A stretch of 64,000 bases of DNA, taken from positions 1,602-65,601 of the forward strand of contig PKEU01000137.1 of the NCBI GenBank assembly GCA_002919195.1. The letters run 5' to 3'. A program made the translations under genes and the position numbers. Every line of letters begins with the position of its first letter. The stretch's first letter is position 1. The stretch comes from a bacterium (lineage in GTDB: Bacteria > Bacillota > Limnochordia > DTU080 > RSA5). Below are positions 9,637-22,316 of this stretch, in pieces. Under the pieces are notes generated by a model. It worked only from the letters and a program-made list of their open reading frames with translations, made no database searches and was not told where the DNA came from.

Positions 9637-10304
9637 GACTTTTCCGGTCTATCACCATCGTGTGTGCCGTCGCGTCCTTGGGAGGCTTGGTCTTGCTCGC
9701 CCGGGCGACCGGCGCGCTTGAGCTCTTGTCCCAAGACAACGTCGAGGCGGTCGCAGCGAGCCTGCGCGCGTACGCCCCTTGGACCCCTTTGGTGAGCCTA
9801 GCGCTGTTGATCTTGGAGACCGTCATCCCTCCCTTGCCCGCCTGGCCGATCTTGGTCGCGAACGCCGCGATCTACGGCATTTGGGGCGGCATCGCGCTCT
9901 CGTGGCTCGGCGGCCTCTTGGGCGCGGTGGCCGCCTTTTGGCTCGCACGCTCCTTTGGGCGCTCGTACGTGGAGCGATGGATCCGAAGCGAACACTGGGA
10001 GACAATCGACAAGATCAGCCGGGAAAAGGGGTTTTACATCCTCTTGATCGCCCGCGTCTTTCCCGTCACCTCGGTCGACGTCTTGAGCTTCCTTGCCGGC
10101 CTCAGCGCGATCAGCTTTGGGCGGTTTCTCCTGGCCACCGCCCTGGGCCTATTCCCCGGAGTCGCCCTCTACACCCTCTTCGCGCATGACCTCGTCGTGA
10201 CCCGGACGGTGACCGCCCGGCTGGCCTTGAGCCTCTTGGCCGCGCTTTTGGTGTATGCCGCCTATCGGCTCCTAAGGCGCAGGGCCTTAGGGAAGGCCAC
10301 ATGA
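9633..10304 (+). CDS. TVP38/TMEM64 (VTT/DedA) membrane protein, probable CTG start
   Basis: IPPLP...YGIWGG...LIARVFP...SFLAGLS family pattern; GGAGG SD 7 nt before CTG at 9633. Confidence 0.8.
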   Translation: MRLFRSITIVCAVASLGGLVLLARATGALELLSQDNVEAVAASLRAYAPWTPLVSLALLILETVIPPLPAWPILVANAAIYGIWGGIALSWLGGLLGAVAAFWLARSFGRSYVERWIRSEHWETIDKISREKGFYILLIARVFPVTSVDVLSFLAGLSAISFGRFLLATALGLFPGVALYTLFAHDLVVTRTVTARLALSLLAALLVYAAYRLLRRRALGKAT

Positions 10305-10513
10305 ACAAGCACGGCTCTCCCTCCCGCCTGAACCCAGCATGCTCCTCGTTCGCCCCGGAAAAGCCCTCGCCTTCAGTACCGCGCTTTCCGGGGGACGATG
10401 CTCAAGCCGGGGAGAGCGTTGAAGTCCCTGCCTGGTTCCCAAGAGAAGGGAGCGGCCTCCATCGTGAGGAACTCTTCGCACGAGACGATAGACCTATGAT
10501 GGAGGCGTGTGCA

Positions 10514-11266
10514 GTGGCTCAAAACGTCGGCGTCCAGTTGTACACCGTGCGGGAGTTTACCAACACAGCGGAAGGCCTTGTGGAATCGCTTAAGAAGATC
10601 CGCCAGATCGGGTATACAGCGGTGGAAATGTCGCCCTTTGGTCCCCTGGAGCGGGAGGAACTGAAAAAGGTGCTCGACGGCGAGGGGCTCTCGTTCCCTT
10701 CGACCCATCTCGGCGTCGACCAGATTCTCAACGATTTTGACCGCGTCAGTGAGACGCTGCTCTTTTTTGACTGCCGCCACGTGGCAAGCAGCGGCCGGGC
10801 AAGCGACGCCGACGGCTATAAAAAGCTTGCGGCTGACTTGTCCCAGGCCGCCGAGAAGCTGGAGAAAGTGGGCATCGCTTTGAGCTACCACAACCACCAC
10901 TGGGAGTTTCAAAAATACGGCGATCGCACGGGACTGCAGATCCTCGTCGATGAGACCGATCCCAAGGTCAACTTCCAGCTCGACACCTACTGGGTGCAAG
11001 AAGGCGGCGGCGATCCCATCGATTGGATCCGCTCGGTGTCGGGCCGCATTCCCTACCTCCACCTCAAAGACATGACGATCATCGACGCCAAGGTGCACAT
11101 GGCTGAAGTGGGCGAGGGCAACCTCAACTGGCCTGGCATCTTCGCCGCCGCCAAAGAGGCGGGCACCCAGTGGTACATCGTCGAGCAAGATCATTGCCAG
11201 CGGGATCCCTTTGAAAGCATCGCCATCAGCTTGCGCAACCTGAAAGCTTGGGGGATCGCAGGCTGA
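10514..11266 (+). CDS. Sugar phosphate isomerase/epimerase (IolI/xylose-isomerase-like barrel)
   Basis: GVQLYTVR, YHNHHWEF, QLDTYW, LHLKD, EVGEG, YIVEQD; GGAGG SD before GTG at 10514. Confidence 0.9.
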   Translation: MAQNVGVQLYTVREFTNTAEGLVESLKKIRQIGYTAVEMSPFGPLEREELKKVLDGEGLSFPSTHLGVDQILNDFDRVSETLLFFDCRHVASSGRASDADGYKKLAADLSQAAEKLEKVGIALSYHNHHWEFQKYGDRTGLQILVDETDPKVNFQLDTYWVQEGGGDPIDWIRSVSGRIPYLHLKDMTIIDAKVHMAEVGEGNLNWPGIFAAAKEAGTQWYIVEQDHCQRDPFESIAISLRNLKAWGIAG

Positions 11267-11402
11267 GGCCCCACCATCTCGGGCTGTCGCGTTGTTTCTT
11301 GACGCCGGCCTTGCCCGGCTTCTTAGCCCCGGCCGGATCGCCTGCGGCGGTCCGGCCTGCTTTTCCCCATGGCAGCTTCCTTCCAGGAGGGTAAAAACCG
11401 CG

Positions 11403-12362
11403 TTGATCGACACCAACGACGGGGCTTTCTTAAGTTTCGAGGTGACCGAAGAGCAGGAAGGGATGCCGCTTGTGAGCTACCTCCGCTCCGCCTTTGGCAT
11501 GTCGCGGGCGATGATCCGGCGGCTCCGAAAGGACGCTTCGGTGAAGGCCGACGGGATCCCCGTTCCCATGCGGCACCGGCTACGCCGAGGAGAGCGGATC
11601 ACGCTCCATGTGCCGCCGGGGCTTATGAGCAATGTGGAGCCGGAGCCCCTGCCCCTGGCCATCTACTACGAAGATCCCCATCTCTTGGTGGTGGAAAAGC
11701 CCGCGGGCCAGCTCGTCCACCCGGCTCACAGCGAGTTTAGGGGGACGCTCGCCAACGGGGTGGCGTACCACCTCTTAGCTCAAGGCGAACCCAGCACCGC
11801 GGGGCCGGTCACACGCCTTGACCGCAATACGTCGGGTCTCGTCCTTTTCGCCAAGCACCCTCACGCCCACCACCGGCTCAACCAGGCCATCGCCAGAGGA
11901 GGGCTCGACCGGCACTACCTCGGCATCGTCGAGGGTCAGCCTGAGCGCGATGAGGGGACCATCGACGCCCCCATCGTCAAGGCGGGCGAGACCTCCAGCG
12001 AAAGGCGGGTAGCCCCCGAAGGGCAGCGGGCGATCACCCACTACCGGGTCGTGCGCCGCTTTGCCCCGAGCGACGCCTGCCAAGACGGCGCGGCGTTGGT
12101 TGAGTTTTCCCTCGTCACAGGGCGCACCCACCAGATCCGGGTGCACGCGGCGCACTTAGGGCATCCCCTTATCGGCGATCCTCTGTACGGCAACCCCCGG
12201 GAGGACCTTATTGGCCGCCAAGCCCTCCACGCGCACCGCCTCGACTTGACCCATCCCATCGACGGTACACCCTTGACGGTGGAAAGCCCGCTCCCGGACG
12301 ATCTTTCCCGTCTTGTCGAGCGCCTTGCGGGCGAGCAGCCCCGTCATGGCCGCCGGTGTTGA
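11403..12362 (+). CDS. RluA/RluD-family pseudouridine synthase
   Basis: KPAGQLVHP, RLDRNTSG catalytic Asp, TGRTHQIRVH, GHPLIGD; AGGAGG SD before TTG at 11403. Confidence 0.93.
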   Translation: MIDTNDGAFLSFEVTEEQEGMPLVSYLRSAFGMSRAMIRRLRKDASVKADGIPVPMRHRLRRGERITLHVPPGLMSNVEPEPLPLAIYYEDPHLLVVEKPAGQLVHPAHSEFRGTLANGVAYHLLAQGEPSTAGPVTRLDRNTSGLVLFAKHPHAHHRLNQAIARGGLDRHYLGIVEGQPERDEGTIDAPIVKAGETSSERRVAPEGQRAITHYRVVRRFAPSDACQDGAALVEFSLVTGRTHQIRVHAAHLGHPLIGDPLYGNPREDLIGRQALHAHRLDLTHPIDGTPLTVESPLPDDLSRLVERLAGEQPRHGRRC

Positions 12363-12714
12363 AGGTACCGCCGGGCCTCGGCGGCGTATTTGCCAAAGAC
12401 TTGCTCAGCCAGAGAAGCGAGGAGCTTCCCTGCCTCCTCTTTCCTCCCGGCTTGGTCGAGGGCGATCCCCAGGTAAAACCGGAACCGGTCGCGCTCTTCG
12501 CCGGGGTCTATGATGCTCTCAAGCCGCGCCAGCGCGCCCGCCAGTTGCCAAGATTGGCCCGGAGCGTGCTCGATGTGGGGTTCAGCTCAAACGCCCCGAG
12601 GTACAGCCGTCCGGCCTCGTCAAGATTCCCCTCCTGCGCATACAAGAAGCCGAGGTTGTTATGGGCTGTCGGATTGTCTGGATTACCACGAGTTGAAAGC
12701 TGGCCCAGGAGGAG
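12344..12714 (-). pseudogene. Degraded TPR-protein remnant
   Basis: One minus-strand frame reads NPDNPTAHNNLGFLYAQEGNLDEAGRLYLGAFELNP (TPR consensus); after a frame change it reads FYLGIALDQAGRKEEAGKLL...GKYAAEARRYL-TGA(12344-12346); no usable start codon. Confidence 0.6.
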
Positions 12715-12869
12715 TCACTCAGCCCGGGCAAACGTGACGTTGGGCCACGACCTCCAGTCCCCAGCGGGCCTTCGCATAGGCCGCGTTGCAGGTGGGAACA
12801 CCATCAGGGATGGGTTCTTTTCTTCAAATCACGCGATGCCAAGCGAGGTGTCGTGCCCTGGAGAGGCGG

Positions 12870-14174
12870 ATGCTCCTTCCCTTTGCCATCCTCGCGATGG
12901 TCCCCTTTATCATGGTGCTGGGCAACTCGATGCTCATTCCCGTCTTTCCCCTCTTGGAAGAGGAGCTCAAGCTCAGCCAGTTCCAAGTGGGCCTGCTCGT
13001 CACTGCCTTCTCCCTGCCCGCGGGCATCGTGATCCCTTTTGCCGGGGCGCTCTCGGATCACGTGGGACGAAAAACCGTTATGGCCCCCGCCCTCCTCCTC
13101 TACGGGGCGGGCGGGCTGATCGCCGGCTTTGCTTCGCTGTGGCTCTCCCGGCCCTTCGGCTGGATCCTGGCGGGGCGCATCCTCCAGGGCGTCGGCGCGG
13201 GCGGCACCTATCAGATCGCCCTAGCCCTCACGGGGGACCTCTTTCAGGGGCCGGAGCGGGCCAAGGCAGTGGGCATTCTCGAGGCCGCCAACGGGTTGGG
13301 CAAGATGGCAAGTCCCATCGCCGGCGCCGCCTTGGGGCTGATCATCTGGTTTGCGCCTTTTTTCGCGTATGGGATCCTCGCGATCCCCATCGCGCTCTTG
13401 GTCTGGTTTCTGGTCCAGGAGCCGGCGAAACGACGAAACCAGCAGAGCGCCAAGGAGTACCTCGCCTCTTTGAGCGGCATCTTCAAAAAGAAGGCCGCGC
13501 CGCTCCTTGCTTGCTACCTCGCCGGGGCGGTAGGTCTTTTTCTCCTCTTTGGCCTCCTGAGCTTTATCTCCGATGAGCTTGAAGCCAGCTACCGCATCAC
13601 CGGGGTGATGAAAGGGCTGGTGCTGGCCATTCCCGTCACGGCGATGACGATCACCTCGTACACGAGCGGGCTCGCCTTGCAGCAGCGGGACGAGTGGCTC
13701 AAGCCGGCCGTCGCCGCCGGCCTCGTCGCCGTCGGCGCGGGGCTTGCCGCGTTGGGCTTGACGACCGGCCTCCGTGCGCTCCTGGCCTGGGCTTCGTTTA
13801 TGGGTATCGGTGTGGGCGTCATGTTGCCCGCCCTCAACACGCTGATCACCGGCGCGACAGACGCCCAAGAGAGGGGATTGATCACCGCCCTCTACGGAAC
13901 CGTCCGCTTCTTCGGTGTTGCGCTGGGCCCACCGGCCTTTGGGCTGGTGCAAGGCGGAAGCCGCCTCGCGATGTTTCTCATCGGAGCGGCCATTGCCGGC
14001 GTCGCCTTGCTCGCCGTGCTCTGGCTGGTCAAACCCGCCCGGTTGATGACGGCCTCGAGCGGCGCGAGAAAGAAGGTTTCGTCCCTCGAGGCCCCCACAC
14101 ACGCCCCGGGCGCCGGCGTCGACGAGCGGCCGGGAGCCTCTTCCGACCCGTCTTTCGACTACTGGCCTTTTTGA
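12870..14174 (+). CDS. MFS transporter (YitG-like)
   Basis: GALSDHVGRK motif A, GRILQGVG motif B, about 12 hydrophobic segments; exact start uncertain (12858 CTG or 12870 ATG). Confidence 0.9.
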   Translation: MLLPFAILAMVPFIMVLGNSMLIPVFPLLEEELKLSQFQVGLLVTAFSLPAGIVIPFAGALSDHVGRKTVMAPALLLYGAGGLIAGFASLWLSRPFGWILAGRILQGVGAGGTYQIALALTGDLFQGPERAKAVGILEAANGLGKMASPIAGAALGLIIWFAPFFAYGILAIPIALLVWFLVQEPAKRRNQQSAKEYLASLSGIFKKKAAPLLACYLAGAVGLFLLFGLLSFISDELEASYRITGVMKGLVLAIPVTAMTITSYTSGLALQQRDEWLKPAVAAGLVAVGAGLAALGLTTGLRALLAWASFMGIGVGVMLPALNTLITGATDAQERGLITALYGTVRFFGVALGPPAFGLVQGGSRLAMFLIGAAIAGVALLAVLWLVKPARLMTASSGARKKVSSLEAPTHAPGAGVDERPGASSDPSFDYWPF

Positions 14175-14286
14175 CCGGGACATGCCGTGTTTTCCCTTTT
14201 GAAAAGCGATGGCGTGGACGACTCCGCATCAACTCTGGTGTATAATGGAGGGCGAAGAGTGCAGAGGCAGTCAAGGAGGCATTCGG

Positions 14287-16965
<2,679 letters not shown>

Positions 16966-17020
16966 AGCGAAGGGAACCGTTGCAACGGGAAAAGCAATTG
17001 TGGACAAAGGGACAAGAAGC

Positions 17021-17053
17021 GGCCGCTCCGGCATCGTCTGGGGCGGCCTTTTT
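17021..17053 (+). terminator. Intrinsic terminator after acnA
   Basis: GGCCGCTCCGG-CATCGT-CTGGGGCGGCC 11-bp stem (two G-U pairs) followed by TTTTT. Confidence 0.75.
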
Positions 17054-17181
17054 CGGCGAGCCTTTCCCGGAGCAGGGCAAAGGCTCTCGGGGACGAAGGA
17101 TTTTACTGGAATAACTAGGCCGGCCAGGAGCGCCTTGGGCCAGGGGCTCGAGAGGGCGCGCATGCAAGGAGGTCATCATCG

Positions 17182-17856
17182 ATGAAAGCGCTGATCGTCT
17201 GGGGCGGTTGGGAAGGCCACGAACCGGACAAGGTCGCCGAAATTTTCCGGCGGGAGATCACCGCGATGGGAGGCCAGGCGGACGTCTTTAACACCCTCGA
17301 CGCCTTTGTCGAGCAGGACTTGATGCGCTACGACTTGATCATCCCCATCTGGACGATGGGCGAGATCACCCAAGAGCAGGTCAGCGCGGTCACCTCCGCG
17401 GTGGCAGCAGGCGTCGGCCTTGCGGGCTGCCACGGAGGGATGTGCGACGCCTTTCGCAACTCCGTTGAATGGCAGTTTATGACCGGAGGCCAGTGGGTCG
17501 CCCATCCGGGAAATGACGGCGTCGAATACACGGTCAACATCGTCAAAGGCTCGCACCCGATCGTCGAAGGGCTCGAGGACTTCCAGGTCAAGAGTGAGCA
17601 GTACTACATGCACGTAGACCCGGCCGTCAAGGTGCTGGCAACCACCCGTTTCCCGGTGGTCGATGGCCCCCACGTGCCCAACGGGCCCGTCGATATGCCG
17701 GTGGTCTGGATCAAATACTGGGGCAAAGGGCGGGTCTTTTACTGCTCGCTCGGCCACCAGGCCGACATCGTCGAAATGCCCGAAACCTTAGAGATCATGC
17801 GCCGCGGCTTTCGCTGGGCTGCTGAAGGGAAAAAACTCGCGTCGGGCGTTGCTTAA
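17182..17856 (+). CDS. ThuA-like (class I glutamine-amidotransferase-like) protein
   Basis: KALIVWGGWEGHEP, GCHGG, SEQYYMHVDP, WGKGRVFYCSLGH. Confidence 0.88.
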   Translation: MKALIVWGGWEGHEPDKVAEIFRREITAMGGQADVFNTLDAFVEQDLMRYDLIIPIWTMGEITQEQVSAVTSAVAAGVGLAGCHGGMCDAFRNSVEWQFMTGGQWVAHPGNDGVEYTVNIVKGSHPIVEGLEDFQVKSEQYYMHVDPAVKVLATTRFPVVDGPHVPNGPVDMPVVWIKYWGKGRVFYCSLGHQADIVEMPETLEIMRRGFRWAAEGKKLASGVA

Positions 17857-18671
17857 AAGACCTTTTCGGAGGCTCCGGCGCCCTGGCGGTATTCGCTGCT
17901 GCCCCCCGAAGGCATCGCGACGCTCAGGGCGCCATCGACTCCATACACGGAGCCCGAGACGTACGCCGCCGCGTCCGACGCCAAAAACAGCACGACGCGG
18001 CCCACTTCTTCCGGCGTTCCCAAACGGCCCCAGGGCAAGAGCGCTCCCTGGCGCATGATCTCCTCTTCGCTCATCCACTTGCGCTCGCCGGGCGTGTCGA
18101 TCCAACCCGGCACGACCAAATTGACCCGGATGCGATGGTGCGCGAGCTCGTTGGCCATGGTCATCGTCATGTGGTGGAGGGCGGCCTTGGCCACGTTGTA
18201 ATCAAAGGCCAGCGGCAACGGGTAGACCGCATGGAGCGAGCCGATCACCGTAATGCTTCCGTGAAGCTTGGCTTCCACCATGCGCCGGGCGGCCAGCTGG
18301 CAGACGTGAAAATTCCCAAAAAGCGCCACATCCAGCGTGCGCTTCAACGATGCGACGTCGGTCTCGAGAAAGCTTTTCCGGGAGCTGGTGACCGCATTGG
18401 CGACGACAATCTCCACGGGGCCCAAATGTTCAAAGGCCCCTTGGATCATCGCCTCGACGGCGGCCCGGTCGGCGATGTCGGCCTGCCAGGCCATTGCCCG
18501 GCCGCCCTCTTTTTCGATGGCAGCGACCACTTCCTCGGCCGCTTCCCGTTGCCTTAAATAATTGACGAGGACTTTAGCTCCCGCTCGTCCGAGGGCGAGA
18601 GCGCATCCCCTCCCGATTCCCCTGGAGGCGCCTGTGACCAGCGCCACTTTCCCGTCGACTCGGATCTCCAA
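17853..18671 (-). CDS. SDR-family NAD(P)-dependent oxidoreductase
   Basis: TGASRGIG, YNVAK catalytic YxxxK, IRVNLVVPG. Confidence 0.92.
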   Translation of the reverse strand: MEIRVDGKVALVTGASRGIGRGCALALGRAGAKVLVNYLRQREAAEEVVAAIEKEGGRAMAWQADIADRAAVEAMIQGAFEHLGPVEIVVANAVTSSRKSFLETDVASLKRTLDVALFGNFHVCQLAARRMVEAKLHGSITVIGSLHAVYPLPLAFDYNVAKAALHHMTMTMANELAHHRIRVNLVVPGWIDTPGERKWMSEEEIMRQGALLPWGRLGTPEEVGRVVLFLASDAAAYVSGSVYGVDGALSVAMPSGGSSEYRQGAGASEKVF

Positions 18672-18719
18672 CGCGCTGACCTCCTCCCGCCGGCGTTGGA
18701 AAACGCGCTGTCCCGTCCA

Positions 18720-20075
18720 TCAAGGGGTATTTCCAGCCGGCTCCCCAAACTTTCGTCGCCAAGCCTCCGCGAGCTCCAACAATAGGGCGTCGCGGCCAAA
18801 GGAACCCGCTTTCGTCACCACGCAGGCTCCCTCGGAGCGGCCACCGCGGATACGGCTGACTACGACGCCGGGAGCGTGCTCCCCCACGATTTCCAACGCG
18901 CCAGCCCCGAGAGCTTTCAGCACGCTGGCGGCCGTCTCTCCACCCGTCAAGAGGAGCGTATCCGGCGGCGCCACCTCTTCCACGTGCTGCACGACCTCCG
19001 CCAACCGAAAAGTGATGGTCTCGGGCTTAAGCCCCTCACCCGCTCCCTTGACGCCGATCGCTGCGGCGCCGCAGTGCCGCAAAGCCGCGGCGGCTTTCCT
19101 CGCCACCTCCTGGACCGCCCGCGCTGCTCCTTGTGAGCTTTCCTGGAGTTGCTCAAGCTCGACATCCACGCGGGCGACCCATGGAGCTTGAGCGTGCAGC
19201 ACGTCAAGCTGCGCCCGAGCCCGGGAGCTCTTGCTGCCGACGACAAAAAGGAACCCACGCCGCGACGAACCATGGGGTGTGCGGCATGGACGAGCCCCAC
19301 CGTCTCCCGGCCGCCGCTCGCCCATGGCGGGATCGTGTGTCCCGCGCACCCCGTCTCGCCTCCGGTCGCTCCGCCGCTCCAACTGCCGGGCGAGCGCAGC
19401 GGCCAACCCCGCCGTCCCGCAGAGGAGAAGCGCAGGGTCGCCAAGCGCTGCCTCGGCGAGGATCTCCAGATGCCCGTCGGTTTCGGCATCGGCGGCCAGC
19501 GCCCGGACGGCAGGCTCGAGGGTCGAAAGCCACTCTGCCACCGCGGCGGCTCCCCGGCGGACGTGAGCCAGAGGGAGATAGGCCACCTTCCCGGGCCATT
19601 GGTGCTCGAGGAGCGCAGGAATGGACGAGATCCGGACCGGCGAGACGGGATCGCGGGCCATTTCGGTCAGGTGCACGGGCTCGCCATCGATCCTCTGTTG
19701 GCCCCCCACCGTGGTCCGCCCCATCGCAGGAAAAGCAGGGGCAACCAACACCCGCCGGAAGCGGCCGCAAGCCTCCATCAAGGCGCCGAGCTCCGCGGCA
19801 ATTGGGCCGCGGAGCGCCGAATCGATCTTTTTATAGACGATGTCGTGGGGGCCGGGATGAAACGTCTCAAACAGCCGGGAGACGGCACGCCCCGCCTCCG
19901 AGGTTGAAAGGCCCCGGCTCTCGGTGGAGAGCGCCACCACCTCGTAGCCCAGCGCACGAAGGCAGGTCGCCTCCTGCAGCCTCAAGAGGGTCGCCGCCCT
20001 GAAACCATGCCGGACGAAGGCCGCCGCCGTGTCGTTAGCCCCCGTCAGGTCGTCCGCGACGATGACGATCGGCAC
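18720..20075 (-). CDS. Four-carbon acid sugar kinase family protein (DUF1537, DtnK/OtnK-like)
   Basis: VADDLTGAND, STESR, YKKIDSALRG, PAFPAMGRTT, LTGGETA, VTKAGSFG. Confidence 0.92.
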   Translation of the reverse strand: MPIVIVADDLTGANDTAAAFVRHGFRAATLLRLQEATCLRALGYEVVALSTESRGLSTSEAGRAVSRLFETFHPGPHDIVYKKIDSALRGPIAAELGALMEACGRFRRVLVAPAFPAMGRTTVGGQQRIDGEPVHLTEMARDPVSPVRISSIPALLEHQWPGKVAYLPLAHVRRGAAAVAEWLSTLEPAVRALAADAETDGHLEILAEAALGDPALLLCGTAGLAAALARQLERRSDRRRDGVRGTHDPAMGERRPGDGGARPCRTPHGSSRRGFLFVVGSKSSRARAQLDVLHAQAPWVARVDVELEQLQESSQGAARAVQEVARKAAAALRHCGAAAIGVKGAGEGLKPETITFRLAEVVQHVEEVAPPDTLLLTGGETAASVLKALGAGALEIVGEHAPGVVVSRIRGGRSEGACVVTKAGSFGRDALLLELAEAWRRKFGEPAGNTP

Positions 20076-20087
20076 CGCCCGCTCCCC

Positions 20088-21131
20088 TCATCCCGGGATA
20101 TAGGTCGAGCGGCAGCGGTCGAGCACTTCCAATTGCAGCCGCACGCTCTCGGGAGTGACCATGAGCGGTTCGCCGTGGCGGATCGAACGGTACAGGTTCT
20201 CGTAGACCACCGCAGTCGGCGACTCGCCGCTGGGGTGGATCTCCTGGACTTGCCAGGGCACCTTTTCACCGGTGCCATACCGCCTCCCCGGCGCCGCGCC
20301 GGGATCGGCCTCGATCGGCGGCAAAGCTCCCTCTTCGACCCACTGCACGGTGAGGGGGTTTCCACCCTGCAGCATCCCCCGCTCACCGATCACCACCCAC
20401 GTCGGCCCGGGCACCATCGGGCAGGCGCTAAAGATCTCCACGTCGACCACCATCTCGCTCCTCTTGAGCGTCACCTTGACGTGGTCTTCGGCGTCACCCG
20501 CCGAAACCGTCCGCCGCAGATCGCAAAAGAGCTCGTCGTATTGCCCGCCCAGGAGGATGAGGGCCTGGTCGATGCGGTGCGCGCCCCAGTTGTTGAGCAT
20601 GCCTCCGCCCAGCCGCGTCAGCGTCTGCCAGTCGCGGCGGCGGTCATAGCGGTAGTTGCCGACGCGGACGAAAAAGACGCGGCCAAGGAGCCCGCTTTCA
20701 ATGATCCGCTTCACTTCCAGGAAGTCCGGGTCGGCTCGCCGGTTTTGAAAACACGTAACGAGCCTGCCTACGGCCTTGGCCTTGGCGATCATCTCATCGG
20801 CCTCAGCAGCGTTGAGGGCGAAGGGCTTTTCCACCTGGACGTGCTTGCCCGCCTCCAAAGCCTTGATCGCCAATTCCTTGTGGGTGTGCGATGGAGTCGC
20901 GATCACCACCAACTCGACCTCGTCGTCCGCGAAAAGCTCCTCGGGCGTCGCGTAGGCGCGGCGCACGCCCCGGGTCTCAACGGCCTCGTCCCTCCGCTCT
21001 TTGAGCGGATCGGCGACGGCCACCAGCTCAAAGCGATCCGACGCTGCCAAATAGGCGCAGTGGATGTCCCATCCGCTGCGGCCCAGTCCTACGACGCCTG
21101 CTTTGACGGGAGTTAAATCGTGGCTTGCCAT
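20088..21131 (-). CDS. Gfo/Idh/MocA-family oxidoreductase
   Basis: GLGRSG, VEKPFA, FQNRR, GGMLNNWGAHRID. Confidence 0.92.
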   Translation of the reverse strand: MASHDLTPVKAGVVGLGRSGWDIHCAYLAASDRFELVAVADPLKERRDEAVETRGVRRAYATPEELFADDEVELVVIATPSHTHKELAIKALEAGKHVQVEKPFALNAAEADEMIAKAKAVGRLVTCFQNRRADPDFLEVKRIIESGLLGRVFFVRVGNYRYDRRRDWQTLTRLGGGMLNNWGAHRIDQALILLGGQYDELFCDLRRTVSAGDAEDHVKVTLKRSEMVVDVEIFSACPMVPGPTWVVIGERGMLQGGNPLTVQWVEEGALPPIEADPGAAPGRRYGTGEKVPWQVQEIHPSGESPTAVVYENLYRSIRHGEPLMVTPESVRLQLEVLDRCRSTYIPG

Positions 21132-21149
21132 CGGAAAAAGCAGCTCCTC

Positions 21150-22316
21150 TCAGATCGTCTCTGCCAGTCTCCAGATGCTAAACTCCTTGTGCCCAAAAAG
21201 CTCGGCTGCAGCCGGCTTTCCGTTCGCCACCGCGAGGACCTGGTCGAAGATCTCCCGGCCGACGCTCTCCAGGGTGCCTTTTCCTTCGAGGATCACGCCC
21301 GCGTCCACATCGATGTGCTGCGGCATGCGCCGGTAGATCCGGGAGTTGGTGCTCACCTTGATCACCGGGGCGATGGGCGAGCCGGTGGGCGAGCCTCTCC
21401 CTGTCGTAAAGACCACGATTTGGGCCCCGCCGGCCGTCATCCCGGTGACCGAATCCACGTCGTAACCGGGCGTGTCCATAAAGACGAGCCCCCGCTCTTT
21501 CGGCCGGTCGGCGTACCGCACGACCTCCATCAGGGGCGTGCTGCCTCCCTTTTTGATGCACCCCAGGCTCTTCTCGTCCAGGGTCGTGAGCCCACCTTTC
21601 ACGTTGCCGGGAGACGGGTTTGCCGAGCGGATGTCGGTGCCGGTCGCGAGCATCCGGTTTTCGTAGGCGGCGATGATGTCCAGGAAAGCCTTGGCCACCT
21701 GGGGGCTGATGGCCCGCGCCGCCAAGATGTGCTCGGCGCCGATGGCCTCCGTGGTCTCCGAAAGGATGACGGTCCCGCCGTACCCGACGATGATGTCCGA
21801 GGCGACTCCCAGAGCCGGGTTGGCCGTCACCCCGGACCATGCGTCGGAACCGCCGCACTCAAGGCCGACGATCAGCTCCGACACCTTGGCGGGCATCCGG
21901 GGGATGGACTCGGCCTCCGCAAGCTGCCGCCGCAGCCACGCAGCCGCCTCCTCGACAAACGCCGCGACGCTGGGCGCCTCTTCCAGGATCAAGGCGTGGG
22001 CGGTGCGCCCCCGGGCCCTCACCCTTTCGGCCAGCTCCAGCGCGGTCTCTTGCTCGCCCCCAAGGCCGACAAAGAGCGCCGCCGCGACATTGGGATTCGC
22101 GGCGTTACCAGCCAGCGTCCGGAGCGTCTGTTCCCTATCTTCGGGAAACTGCGCATAGCCGTGGTGATGCACCACGGGGACGACGCCCGCCGCCGCGTCC
22201 GCAATCCGCTGCACGATGGTCGCCGCCTCGGCGACGCTGTTCATCACCACCACGTGGTTGCGCACGCCCACGGTCCCGTCAGCGCGCCGGTACCCCATAA
22301 ACTCAGGCTCAGCCAT
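21150..22316 (-). CDS. UxaA/GarD-family dehydratase large subunit paralog (intact C-terminal domain, N-terminal Cys lost)
   Basis: GYRRADGTVGVRN, GLECGGSD, SETTE, SPGNVKGGLTTLDEKSLG, DTPGYD, FTTGRG; the usual Cys sites read SVAE, HHHGY and GLGGE. Confidence 0.9.
   Translation of the reverse strand: MAEPEFMGYRRADGTVGVRNHVVVMNSVAEAATIVQRIADAAAGVVPVVHHHGYAQFPEDREQTLRTLAGNAANPNVAAALFVGLGGEQETALELAERVRARGRTAHALILEEAPSVAAFVEEAAAWLRRQLAEAESIPRMPAKVSELIVGLECGGSDAWSGVTANPALGVASDIIVGYGGTVILSETTEAIGAEHILAARAISPQVAKAFLDIIAAYENRMLATGTDIRSANPSPGNVKGGLTTLDEKSLGCIKKGGSTPLMEVVRYADRPKERGLVFMDTPGYDVDSVTGMTAGGAQIVVFTTGRGSPTGSPIAPVIKVSTNSRIYRRMPQHIDVDAGVILEGKGTLESVGREIFDQVLAVANGKPAAAELFGHKEFSIWRLAETI

Noticed and set aside
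12357-12362. RluA-family gene ending in Cys-TGA
   Set aside because: The catalytic domain is already complete and no Cys is expected here; this is an ordinary stop.
12719-12730. Minus-strand TGC-CCG-GGC-TGA (C-P-G-stop), which looks like a third CxxU
   Set aside because: The frame has no clear SD-supported start, hits TAA 12 codons after the UGA, lies in a decayed TPR remnant, and has no thioredoxin-fold context.
16977-16988. 12-bp palindrome CCGTTGCAACGG after acnA
   Set aside because: Single copy, upstream of the acnA terminator, with no adjacent regulator; an operator call is not supportable.
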